Below, one piece after another: positions 1 through 12,000 of a DNA stretch of 32,000 bases. Origin of the DNA: an uncultured bacterium (lineage in GTDB: Bacteria > Margulisbacteria > WOR-1 > CAVSGV01). Below the pieces are notes generated by a model that saw only the letters and a list, made by a program, of their open reading frames with translations, had not been told where the DNA came from and made no database searches. How positions within the stretch are numbered: the stretch's first letter is position 1; each line of letters starts with the position of its first letter. The stretch is taken from assembly GCA_963699255.1 (NCBI GenBank), contig OY969425.1, positions 570,001-602,000 of the forward strand. Direction: 5' to 3'. The position numbers were made by a program, and so were the translations under genes.

Positions 1-3000
1 AATACAGGGTCACGCTATTTGAAGTAAAGGTGCAGTTTGAGAATCTCTATTGTGGAGGACTCACTATAGATCCCGCCGCCGCCGTATACCGCGCTATTTG
101 ATTCAAAAGAGCAGTTCAAGACGACCGGAGAGGAGGAGTAGTAGCTGGCTAAACCGCCGGCGTTGTGACCTGCCCTATTTGAAATAAAATCACAGTTTTT
201 GATGGTTGGAGAGGAATTGTCCAAACCAAGCCCGCCGCCATCTCCGCCGGAGACATAACCATTTTGTATGGTGAAGTTCTCAACGGTGGTGGCAGAACCA
301 AGCCCCTCTCCGTGCATGCACTGGACGCTGCCTTCTCCGGATATTCTGGTAAGCGAGGGATCGTTGATCTGCGCCCAACTATCGTCGTAGCCTCCCATTA
401 AATGGACGCCGCTTGAGAGAAAAATTGTGCCCGGAACAGTCAGAGAATATGTCCCCATCTTCACATGTATCTCATCGCCGTAGCGCATGTTCCCATTGCT
501 CTCGGCTGAGTTAATGGTATTAAAGGCGTCATTCGTAGAGCGGCCGGTATGAGTAAAGTCATTTCCATTGATGCTGTCAACGTACCAGATCGTTGGAACA
601 GGTATGATGCTGAACTTGCCGCTTTCACCGTACCCGCTGTTGCCGGAGGTATCTACCGCGGTGATCTTTATCTTTGCCTCCGTGGTGGCGATATTAGGAA
701 CCGTCCAGGCATAGCTTCCACTGTTAGCTATACCCGTGACGATCGCAGTATAGGATGATCCCCCGTCTATTGAGTAAGAGATGCTGATGGGGTTTGTAAT
801 AAGCCCCTGATCATCGGAAGCTTCCCAGGTAATATCGTAGCTGTACCCCCCGGTCCAGACATCCCCGCCTGCGGGAGAAAAGACCTCAACGGTGGGAGGC
901 GTGATATCGGTCAGGACCGATTCAGAGCTGGTGTAACCATAATAATGGTATCCCATGTTCACTATCCCATCGTCGCCGTGGAACCTGTCCAGGTTGGTCC
1001 CGTAACCTTGCTGCCATCCAAGACCAAGTATCTGACGCCTCGCCGGTCCCGGTATTAACGCAGGGCGAGTTATTGGGAAGGTGCACATCGCCGGCAGACG
1101 GATTTACTAATTTTGGATCCGCAGTGATATTGCCGGTCATTCCGATGTAGCCGTCAGGAATGCAGGTGTAAGTTACATTTGATGAACCTCCGTTGTCGTA
1201 GATGTTCCCTCCGGTATTTCCATAAACGATCGAATTCAAAATTATCGGAGAGGATGATTCGTTATATATACCACCGCCGCTGCCTGCAATGTTTGAAGTA
1301 AAAGTGCAACCTTCAATGGTCGGAGTGCCATTGTAATCATATATCGCTCCGCCGTTGCTGCCGCCTGCGTTATTTGAAATAAAGGCGCAATTAAAGATAA
1401 ACGGTGAAGGCAAACCATAATTATCATTGTATATAGCGCCGCCGCCGTTCGTGCTTGCGCTATTTGAAATAAAGGCACAGTTTTTGATGATCGGGGTGGC
1501 ACCACTGATCCAGATAGCGCCGCCGACATTGAGCGCCCTATTTGCAATGAAATTGCAATTTGATATGGTTGGCGAAGAGTTATTGTAAAGTATAAGACCA
1601 CCGCCACCGGGGAGAAGGTGTCCATTGTAATATCCATCTCGTATGGTGAAACTTTCAATTGTGGTAGCAGAACCAAGCGAGTTCCCGATCATGCACCGGA
1701 CCTGGCCCTCTCCGGATATTATGGTAAGCGCGGGATCGTTAACTTGATTCCAGCCGTCATCATAGCCGCCCCTCAAATATATGCCGTCATAGAGAGTGAT
1801 GGTTTGTGGTCCGGTCCCCGGTCCACTGTCACTGCTGTACAGATAATATGTCCCCTGCCTCACATGTATCTCATCGCCGTAGCTCATGCCCACATTGTTC
1901 TCGGCCGCGTTGATGGTCTTGAACGGATGCTCCGCAGAACCGTCCGCGCCAGCCTCGGGAGAGGCAGCGTCTACATACCAATAGGCTGAAGCACGGGAAA
2001 TGCTGAATACTCCTGCGCTTTCACCATACCCGCTGTTGCCGGAGGTGTCTATTGCGGTTATCTTTATCCTTGCCTCCGTTGTTGAAATATTGGGAACCGT
2101 CCAGGTATACCTGCCGGTGTTAGCCGCATCTGCGGTGATCAGGTATGAATAGTTAGCTCCCCCGTCTATTGAGTAAGAGATGCTAATTGGATAATCAATA
2201 AGCCCCTCATTATCGGATGCTTCCCAGGTAATATCGTAGCTGGACCCGCCGATCAGGGCCTCTCCGCCTTCGGGAGAAATAACATCAACGGTGGGAGCCG
2301 TGAAGTCCGTGATGGCATCTTCGGAGCCCGTGTATCCGTAATAATGGTAGCCCATGTTCACCTGACCGGAATCGCCGTAAGCAAGCAAAGGATTGGTCCC
2401 GTAATGCTCGTTGTAGCTGAGGCCGTAATCTTCCGCCTGCCCTTCGCCGCTGTTAACGCAGGGCGAGTTGCTGGCAAGATGCACACCATTCACAAACAGC
2501 GGATCAGCGGTGATATTACCGGTCAATCCGATGTAACCGTCCGGAATGCAGGAGTATGTCACATTTGAAGAAGATGAGTTGTCATCGTGGATGTTCGCCG
2601 CGGAATTTCCGTAAATGATCGAGTTAATGATATTTAGAATGGAAGATGAGTCGTTATATATCCCGCCGCCGTCGCTCGCGCTATTTAAAGTTAAAGTGCA
2701 GTTTCCGATAGTTGATGTGGAGGAATCGGTGTTATATATCCCGCCGCCGGTGCCGCCACCCGTGCGATTTAAAGTAAAGACGCTGTTTGAAATGGTCGGG
2801 AATGAGTTGTCGTTGTATATCCCGCCGCCACCGTAACTACTATTACTCGCGCTATTTGAATTAAAGGTGCAGTTTGAGATGGTCGGATAGCAGGTGGAAA
2901 TGTTATATATTCCGCCGCCGGCTTCCGCGCTATTTGAAATAAAATCACAGCTTGATATGGTTGGATCGGACTGATTCTCATCATATATCCCACCGCCTTC

Positions 3001-6000
3001 GCCCGCGCTATTTAGCTCAAAGGTACAGCTTGAAATGGTTGGAGAAGAAACGGAATTTGCGATACCTCCGCCGCTATTTAAAGTAAAGGCGCAGCCCAGA
3101 ATGTTTGAGCCGGAGGGGAAGTAGCTATATATTCCGCCGCCGAAAGTTGCGCCATTTGATGTAAAGAAACAGTTTGAGATGGTGGATGTAGAAGAAGAAT
3201 AGCTATATATCCCGCCGCCGTAAGTATCTGCCCAATTTGAAGTAAAGGCACAGCTTGAGATGAGGGATATAGAGGCTGTGTCGTTAAATATCCCGCCGCC
3301 GCCGTAACTACAACTATTCGCGTTATTTAAATTAAAGACGCAGCTTTCGATGCTTGAGTAGGAGGAATTGCCGCAATATATACCGCCGCCGCCGTAACTG
3401 CCATAATTCGCGCTATTTGACTCAAAGGTGCAGTATGAAATAGTTAAGGTAGAGGAAGAGTTGTTATATATACCGCCGCCGTCGCCAGTCTCAGCAGTAT
3501 TTGATGTAAAGGTACAGCTGTCGATGGTCGCGGTGGAAGAGGATTCATTATATATCCCGCCGCCGGCAGCCGCGTTATTTGATGTGAAAGAGCAGGTTTC
3601 GATGTTTGCGGCCAGTCCGTTATATATACCGCCGCCTTCGCCGCCGTAATTATCATTCGAGCTGTTTTGATCAAAGCTGCAGTTTGAAATGGTCAGGACG
3701 GAAGAAGCGTCGTTATATATGCCGCCGCCATAATAATCCGCGCTATTAGATGCAAAGCCGCAGTTCGAGATATTCGCCATAGAGTTGTAGTAAACATTAA
3801 TACCGCCGCCGTAACAGTAATACGCGATATTTGAATTGAAGTTACAGTTTGAGATTCTCCGGCGCGGAGTAATCATAGATAAAGATACCGCCGCCGCCGG
3901 CGTAATCCGACCTGTTCGAATTAAAATCGCAGTGTGAGATGGTTGGAGAAGCCGCGTCGAGATAAAGTCCTCCGCCATAGTTGCCGTAAGCATAACCATC
4001 CTCTATGGTGAAGTTATCAATAATGGCGGCAGAGGTAAGCCCGGATCCATACATGCACGGGACATTCCCTTCTCCGGATATTATGGTTATTGTAGGATCA
4101 TTAACCTGATTCCAGCCGTCATCATAGCCGCCCTTCAAAGATATACCATCCGTGAGATAAATCATTTGAGGTCCCGTCCCCGGTCCGCCGTCGCCGCTGT
4201 ACAGATTATATGTCCCCTTCTTCACATGTATCTCATCGCCATAGATCATGTTCATATTGCTTTCGGCCGCATTGATCGTTTTGAACGGATGCTCCGCGGA
4301 ACCGTCCGCGCCAGCCTCGGGAGAGGCCCAATCTACATGCCAGATGCCCATAACACGGGAAATGCTGAATACGCCCGCGCTTTCACCGTCCCCGCTGTTG
4401 CCGGAGTTATCCAGCGCGGTCACCTTTATCATTGCCTCCGTCGTGGAGATATTGGGCACTGTCCAGGTATATCTTCCACTGTTGTCTATACCGGTTGCGA
4501 TCGAATATGGATAGCTGGCTCCCCCGTCTAATGAGTAAGAGATGCTTATGGGATTTACAGTAAGTCCGCTGCCGCCGATATTATCTGCCGCTTCCCAGGT
4601 AATATCGTAGCTGAAACCCCCGGTAAGGACTTCCCCGCCTTCAGGAGAAATGACCACTACGGTGGGAGCCGTAATGTCGGTTATGGCATCTTCGGAGCCC
4701 GTGTAGCCGTAATAATGGTAGCCCATGTTCAACTGACCGGAATCGCCGTAAGCAAGATTAGGATTCGTCCCGTAATGATGGAGGTAGTCAAGTCCCAGGC
4801 TTGCCGCGGTGGCAGAGCCGGCATTGACGCAGGGCGAGTTGCTGGCGATATGCACATCGCCGGCCGATGGAGCTATTAACTTTGGATCCGCGGTGATATT
4901 GCCGGTCATGCCAACATATCCGTCCGGAACACAGGAATACGTCACGGTAGACGACCCGCCGCTATCCAGGATATTTCCCCCTATATTCCCGGAAATGATC
5001 GAGTTGATGATCGTCGGATAAGATGATGAAGTATATATTCCGCCGCCGCCGCCGTAACCGCTGTTCGCGCTGTTTAAAGTAAAAGTGCTGTTAGCTATTG
5101 TCGGGTATGAGTTGTAAGTGCTGATATACATACCGCCGCCGGTTGCAGCGTTCGCTAGGTTTGAAGTAAAAGCACAGTTGAATATTGTCGCCGTAGAGTA
5201 AACATCATCATACATCCCGCCGCCAAAATAGCCATTCGCTTCATTTGATGTAAACGTGCAGTTCGAGAGGTTTAAGAAGTCATAGTAGCTATATAACCCG
5301 CCGCCGCCGAAAGCGCTATTTGAAGTAAAGGCGCAGCTCTCCAGGGTTAAGGTGGAGAAGTAGCCGTCATATAACCCGCCGCCGTCGCCGCTGCTTGATT
5401 CAGCTCCATTTGAAACAAAAGCACAGCCGGAGATGGATGAGAACGTATAATAACCCTCATAGATGCCACCGCCGGCTTCAGCGGTGTTTAAAGTGAACGA
5501 ACAGCCGGAAATGATCGAATTGGTATTTTCATCGTTATATATGCCGCCGCCGTAATCGCCGTTATTCGCGCTGTTCGAAATGAATAAACAGTTCGTGATC
5601 TCCTGGGTTGAAACGTCGTTATATATACCGCCGCCGCCGTTATACGCGCTGTTCGATTCAAAGGTGCAGTTTGAAAGGGTCAGATAGGCCGTTTCATCAT
5701 ATATGCCGCCTCCGTAACCGCTATTTACACTGTTTGAAATGAAGCTGCAGTTCAAGAAAGTCGGCGAGGAGCCGTTATCGGAATAATTATATACCGCGCC
5801 ACCGCCGTAGTCCGAGTTGTTCGAATCAAAGATACAGTTCGAAATCGCCGGCGAGGAATCATCCAGATATATGCCGCCGCCGTAGTCTCCGGCGGAATAT
5901 CCGTTCTTTATCGTGAAATCATCAATGACAGCGGCAAAGCTGAGCAGGTATCCGGACATGCACTCCACGTTGCCTTCTCCGGATATTATCGTAGATGAAG

Positions 6001-9000
6001 GACCCAGGGTCTGTTCCCAGCCGTCGTCATAGCCGCCCTTCAATTGGATGCCGTCATAGAGAATGATGGTAAGCGGCCCGTTGCCATCCTGGTACAGGTT
6101 ATAAGTCCCATGCTTAACATGTATCTCATCATCAAAGCTCGCGGCCGCCTCAGCTGAATTGATATCCATAAATGGAGATTCCGGCGTCATTCCGCTGTTC
6201 CCCTCGGGAGAGGCGGCGTCCACATACCAGATATGCGTGCTTGAATCCGTCTTCTGCCAGAACCCGGAATAATGGTAGCCCATGTCCACCTTTCCGGAAT
6301 CGCCGTTCTGCCCATTCGGGTTGGTCCCGTAACCCTGCTGCCATGCCAGCCTATGGCTGAAGGCCGAGCCCAGCCCGGCATCTACGCAATCCGAGGTCGG
6401 GAGCAGATATAAGTCTCCATACGGCCCGGTCGCGAACAGTGGATCCGTACTGATATTGTCCGCGCCGCTGCCCGACCACCCGTCCTGGACGCAGGAATTA
6501 TTTACGGTCGAAGAGCCTCCGTTATCGAAGATGCTTCCGCCGGTATTCCCGTATATGATCGAATTGAAAATTGTCGGAGAGGTTGTGTCATTATATATTC
6601 CGCCGCCTTTGTTGTCAGGCGCGCTATTTAAAGTAAAGGTGCAGTTTTCGATCGTCGTGGTGGAGTTTATGTTAAATATCCCGCCGCCGCTGCTGCTTGC
6701 GCTATTTAAAGCAAAGGCGCAGTTTGAAATGGTTGAGAAGGAATAGTAGCCGTTATATATCCCGCCTCCATGGAGAGGTGTGCTATTTAAAGTAAAGAAG
6801 CAGTTTGAAATGGTTGAGAAGCCGTAGTCGCTATATATTCCGCCGCCGCCGCCACTTGCTTCGTTTGAAGTAAAAGTGCAGTCTTCGATAATTGCCATGG
6901 AGGTGTAATCATAAAAGTTGTTACATATACAGCCGCCGCGGCCAGAGTATTTATTTAAAGTGAAATCGCAGTTTGAAATGGTTGAAATGAAATAGCTCCC
7001 ACCGAGATTAATTATACATCCGCCGTTATTTGACTCAAATGTGCAGTGAGAGATCGTTGAGAAAGCTGAATAGTTAACTATGCCGGCGCCGACTTCTACG
7101 GTATTTGAAGCAAACATGCATCTGGAGATCGTTGGGTTGGAAGAATCGTCGTTATATATACAGCCGCCATCACCATACAAGCTGTTATTTAAAGTGAACG
7201 TGCTGTCTGTGATCTCCAGTGTTGCGGTGGGGGCAGTATATATCCCGCCGCCGCTCAAATATGCGCTATTTGATTTAAAGGTACAGTTTGAGACAGTTAA
7301 AGTAGAAGACGAGTCGTCATATATCCCGCCGCCGTAGCCGTCGCCACCGCCGTAGCTCGCACTGTTTGAATTGAACGAGCAGTTCGCGATCTCTAGCATA
7401 GAATAATCACTGTAAATACCGCCGCCGCCCCATTCCGCGCTGTTCGACTCAAAGGAACTGTTGAAGATGCCCATGGTGGAATAAGAGTCACTGTAGATCG
7501 CGCCGCCGCCGCCATCGTCATTGCCGTCGCTTGCGGCGTTCGAATTGAACGCGCAGTTCGATATCTCTAATGTGGAGCCGTCGCTATAGATCCCGGCCCC
7601 TCCGTAATCCGCGCTGTTCGAGGTGAACCCGCAGTTGGATAGAATAGAATATGAGCCGTAATCGCTGTATATCCCGGCTCCGTAGCCGGAAACTATCGTA
7701 TTTGCAATAAAATTACAGTTCGTGATCTCAGGCGCGGAATATGTCAGATAAATCCCGCCGCCGCCGTAATACATGTCTGCCGTATTTGAAACAAAATCGC
7801 AGTTGCTGATGGTCGGCGAAGAAGTGTCAAGGTATATACCGCCGCCATTATAATAGCCGGAGATGCTACCGTTGCTGTAGCCGTTTCTTATGGTGAAATT
7901 CTCAATGGTGGCGGCGGAGCCAAGCTCGTATCCATGCATGCACTGCACCTGGCCCTCTCCGGATATTATGGTAAGCGAGGGATTGTTAATTTGCGTCCAA
8001 CCATCATCATAGCCGCCCCTCAAATATATGCCGTCATTGAGAGTGATAGTGCCCGGCCCGGGACCGCCCTGGTATAGATTGTAAGTCCCCCGCCTCACAT
8101 GTATCTCATCACCGTAGACCGCGACCCCGACCGACTCAGCTGAATTGATCGTCTTGAACGGAGAGTACATCGTCCCGCTGCCACCCTCAGGCGAGGCGGC
8201 GTCCACATACCAGTAGCCTGCAACGCGTGAAATGCTGAATAGTCCATCGCTTTCACCATACCCGAGGTTATAAGAAGTGTCTGCTACTGATACTTTTATC
8301 TTGCCCTGAGTGGTTGTGATATTGGGGACCGTCCAGGCATAGCTTGTAAGACCGGCGTCACAGGTGCCGATCACATTATAGGATGCACCCCCGTCTGTTG
8401 AGAAAGATATGACCTCCGGAGTGACAATACCCACATCATCGGAAGCTTCCCAGGTGATATAGTAGATGGAATTCCCGGTCAGGATTTCGCCGCCTTCGGG
8501 CGAAATGACCTGAACCGTGGGAGGCGTTGTGTCGGTAAGAAGGTTCGCGGAAACCGAGTATCCGGAATAATGGTACCCCATGTCCACCAGCCCATCGTCG
8601 CCGTGAATGCCGTCCGGATTGGTCCCGTAAAAACGGGTGTAGTCAAGTCCCAGGCTTGCCGCGCTGGCAGAGCCCTTGTTAACACAAGGCGAGTTGTTGT
8701 ACAGGTGAACGTCCCCCAGATCAGGCCTGAAGAACAGGGGATCAGCATCGATATTTCCGTCCCCGCCAAATCCGCCCTGGACGCAGGAGTAAGTTATAGT
8801 TATATATGGGGAGCCGTTCGTGATGCCCCCCGCGGAATTCCCGTAAATGATAGAATTAATAATGGTCGATGCGCCAGTGATGTCATAGATCACGCCACCA
8901 AAGCCATAAAGTGCGTTGTTCCTGGTGAACGTGCTGGCCCTGATGGCTGCGCCGCCATTGCTACTGGCTATCGCGCTGCCGCCATAAGCGGAGCTATTTG

Positions 9001-12000
9001 AAACAAAAGCGCAATTAAAGATGCCCGGAGAGGCGTAGTAGTTCCATATCGCGCCGCCGTAACCGGCATTTGCTTCATTTGAAACAAAGATGCAGTTTGA
9101 AATGCCCGAGTTTGAATCGTCACTGTTAATTATCGCGCCGCCATTGGAAGGAGAGATATTTGAAGTAAATATACAATTTGAAATAGTTGGAAAGGACGTC
9201 TCGTTGGCGATCCCGCCGCCGGAATTCGAGGTAAAATTGCAATTTGAAATTTTCGCGTTGCAATTGTTTTCGTTATATATCCCGGCGCCGGCGCCGTATC
9301 CCGCGCTATTTGAAGTAAAATTGCAGTATAAGATATGTGGAATTATGGCGCCTGCGCTGGATGAGTCATATATCCCGCCGCCGGCTTCAGCGGTATCCGC
9401 AATAAAGTCGCAGTGTGAGATGGTCGGGGAAGAATTGTAGAGATAAATCCCGCCGCCGTCGCCGGCAGAATAACCTTTCATTATTGTGAAATATTCAATG
9501 GTCGCAGCCGAAGTAAGCGCGGTCCCATACACGCACTGTATGCTGCCGCCTCCATCGATCGTGGATACCCCGGTCTGAGACCAGCCGTCGTCATAGCCTC
9601 CTCTTAAATATACGCCGTCCGTGAGAGTTATGGTGCCTGTGCCCGGAGCGGTGAGAGAATAGACCCCCTGCCTAACCCGTATCTCATCACCGTAGACCGC
9701 GACCCCGGCCGACTCGGCTGAATTGATCGTCTTGAACGGAGAGTACATCGTCCCGCTGCCGCCCTCGGGAGAGGCCGCGTCCACATACCAGAACGGCACG
9801 CGTGTTATACTGAACGTTCCGTCACTTTCACCGTACCCCATGTTGTAAGAAGTGTCCACCGCGGCTACCTTTATCCTGGCTTCGGTCGTTGAAATGTTGG
9901 GGGCGCCCAGGAATATCTTCCGCTGTTAGTTATACCGGCTACTATCAAATTATAGGTAGTTCCCCCGTCAATTGAATAATATATGCTGATGGGATTATCA
10001 ATAAGCTCCTGATCATCGGAAGCTTCCCAGGTAATGTCGTATAGCGTCCCGCCGGTCCAGACATCCCCGTTCGCGGGAGAATAGACCTCAACAATGGGAA
10101 GCGTGGTGTCGGTAATAAGGTTTGCGGAAACTGAGTATCCGGAATAATGGTACCCCATGTCCACCAGCCCGTCGTCGCCGTGAACGCCGTCCGGATTTGT
10201 CCCGTAATGCTCATTGTAGCTGAGTCCCCAATCCTCCGCCTGCCCTTCGCCGCTGTTGACGCACGGCGAGTTGTTGTAAAGGTGAACATCGCCGAGTTCG
10301 GGATGCGCGAAAAATGGATCCGCGCTGATATTGCCTGTCCCGTCAAAACCTGTTCCTACAGTATCGCCGGCCTGAACGCAGGAGCAGGTCACATTTACAG
10401 CTGAAGGTGCTGAGTAATTCGTGAGGTTCTGCCCGGAATTCCAGTAAATAATAGAATTGAAAATGGTCATAGAGCTGCCGTAGTTAAATAGTCCGCCGCC
10501 TACGTTGCCATCCGAGCGATTCAATGTAACGGTACAGTTCAGGAAGGTCGGGGAAAAAGAGGTTCCTTCGCTATATACGCCGCCGGCAATATTAGCGCCA
10601 TTTGAGATCAAGGCGCAGTTTTCGAAGGTCGGGGAAGCGTTGTTGATAACTATCCCGCCGCCGTAATACGCGTAATTTGAATTAAAGGTGCAGTTTGAAA
10701 TGTTCAAATGAGTATAAGAATCATTGAGATCAAGCCCGCCGCCTTCGATGTTCGCGCTGTTTAAAGTAAAGTCACAGCTTTCTATAGATGCGTCAGAATA
10801 TGCGCAATATACACCGCCGCCTTTGTTATACGCGCTGTTCGACTTAAATGAACAGTTTGAAACTGTCATGGAAGAGAAGACGTCGCAATAGAGCCCGCCG
10901 CCGCTATCATAAATCGCGCTGTTCGACTCAAAGGTGCAGTTTGAAATACCCGAGTTTGCATAGTCATAATTAGCTACTCCGCCGCCATCGCCTCCCTCGG
11001 CGGTATTTGAGGTAAAAGTGCAGCTATCGATGGTCGCGGTAGAGATGTTAAATATCCCGCCGCCGTAATACGCGGTATTTGATGTGAAAGCGCAGCTTTC
11101 GATACTTGCTGATAAGAAGTTATATATACCGCCGCCCTCAGCCGCGTTATTTGACGTGAAAGCGCAGTTTGAAATAGTTAAGACGGAGGAGGAATCGTTA
11201 AATATGCCGCCGCCATTACCGCTATTCGAGATATTTGAATCAAAGTTACAGTTTGATATCTCCGGCGCGGAGTAGTCGGAGATAAAGATCCCGCCGCCGC
11301 CATAATCCGCGTTATTTGAAGTAAAGTCGCAGTTTGAGATGGTTAGGGAGGAACTATCCAGATAAAGCCCGCTGCCATAGCCATAACCGGAACCATTGCT
11401 TGCACTGCTATAACCATCCTCTATGGTGAAGTTATCAATAATGGCAGCAGAGGTAAGCCCGGATCCATACAGGCACGGGACATTTCCTTCTCCGGATATT
11501 ATGGTAAGCGCGGGATCGTTAACCTGATTCCATCCGTCATCATAGCCGCCCCTCAAATATATGCCGTCATAAAGAGTGATGGTTTGAGGTCCCGTCCCCG
11601 GACCGCCGTCGCCGCTGTACAGATAATATGTCCCCTTCTTAACGTGTATCTCATCGCCGTAGCCCGCAATCGACTCAGCCGAATTAATGTCCTTGAATGG
11701 AGATCCCGGCGTCATTCCGCTGTTCCCCTCGGGGGAGGCCGCATCCACATACCAGATGCGGGCCGTAGGGGCGCCCGCTCCTATGCTGAACACTCCGCTT
11801 TCACCTGTCCCCAGGTTATAAGCGGGATAATCTGCCACGGCCACCTTTATCCTGGCATGAGCCGTGTTAATATTGGGGACCGTCCAGGAATGACTTGTAT
11901 GATTGACGTTGGCATCGGCCGCGATCAAATTATATGTGGCTCCCTCATCTGTCGAATATGAGATCATGATGGGACCGATAAGATTCGCGGGATCCTCCTT

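Noticed and set aside
4166-4531. Plus-strand ORFs with 'RTVPAVAGVIQRGHLYHCLRRG' type sequence (also at 549, 1618, 8570, 11584, 13219, 20164)
   Set aside because: The same antisense pattern recurs at most module headers, so it is a by-product of the repeated header sequence, not a gene family.
6456-9440. Several plus-strand ORFs rich in 'YIPPP/FKVKVQF' (6456..6746, 7080..7337, 9090..9440 and similar elsewhere in the giant gene)
   Set aside because: Antisense reading of the GGGIY/NCxF rung repeats; low-complexity artefacts of the repetitive coding strand.
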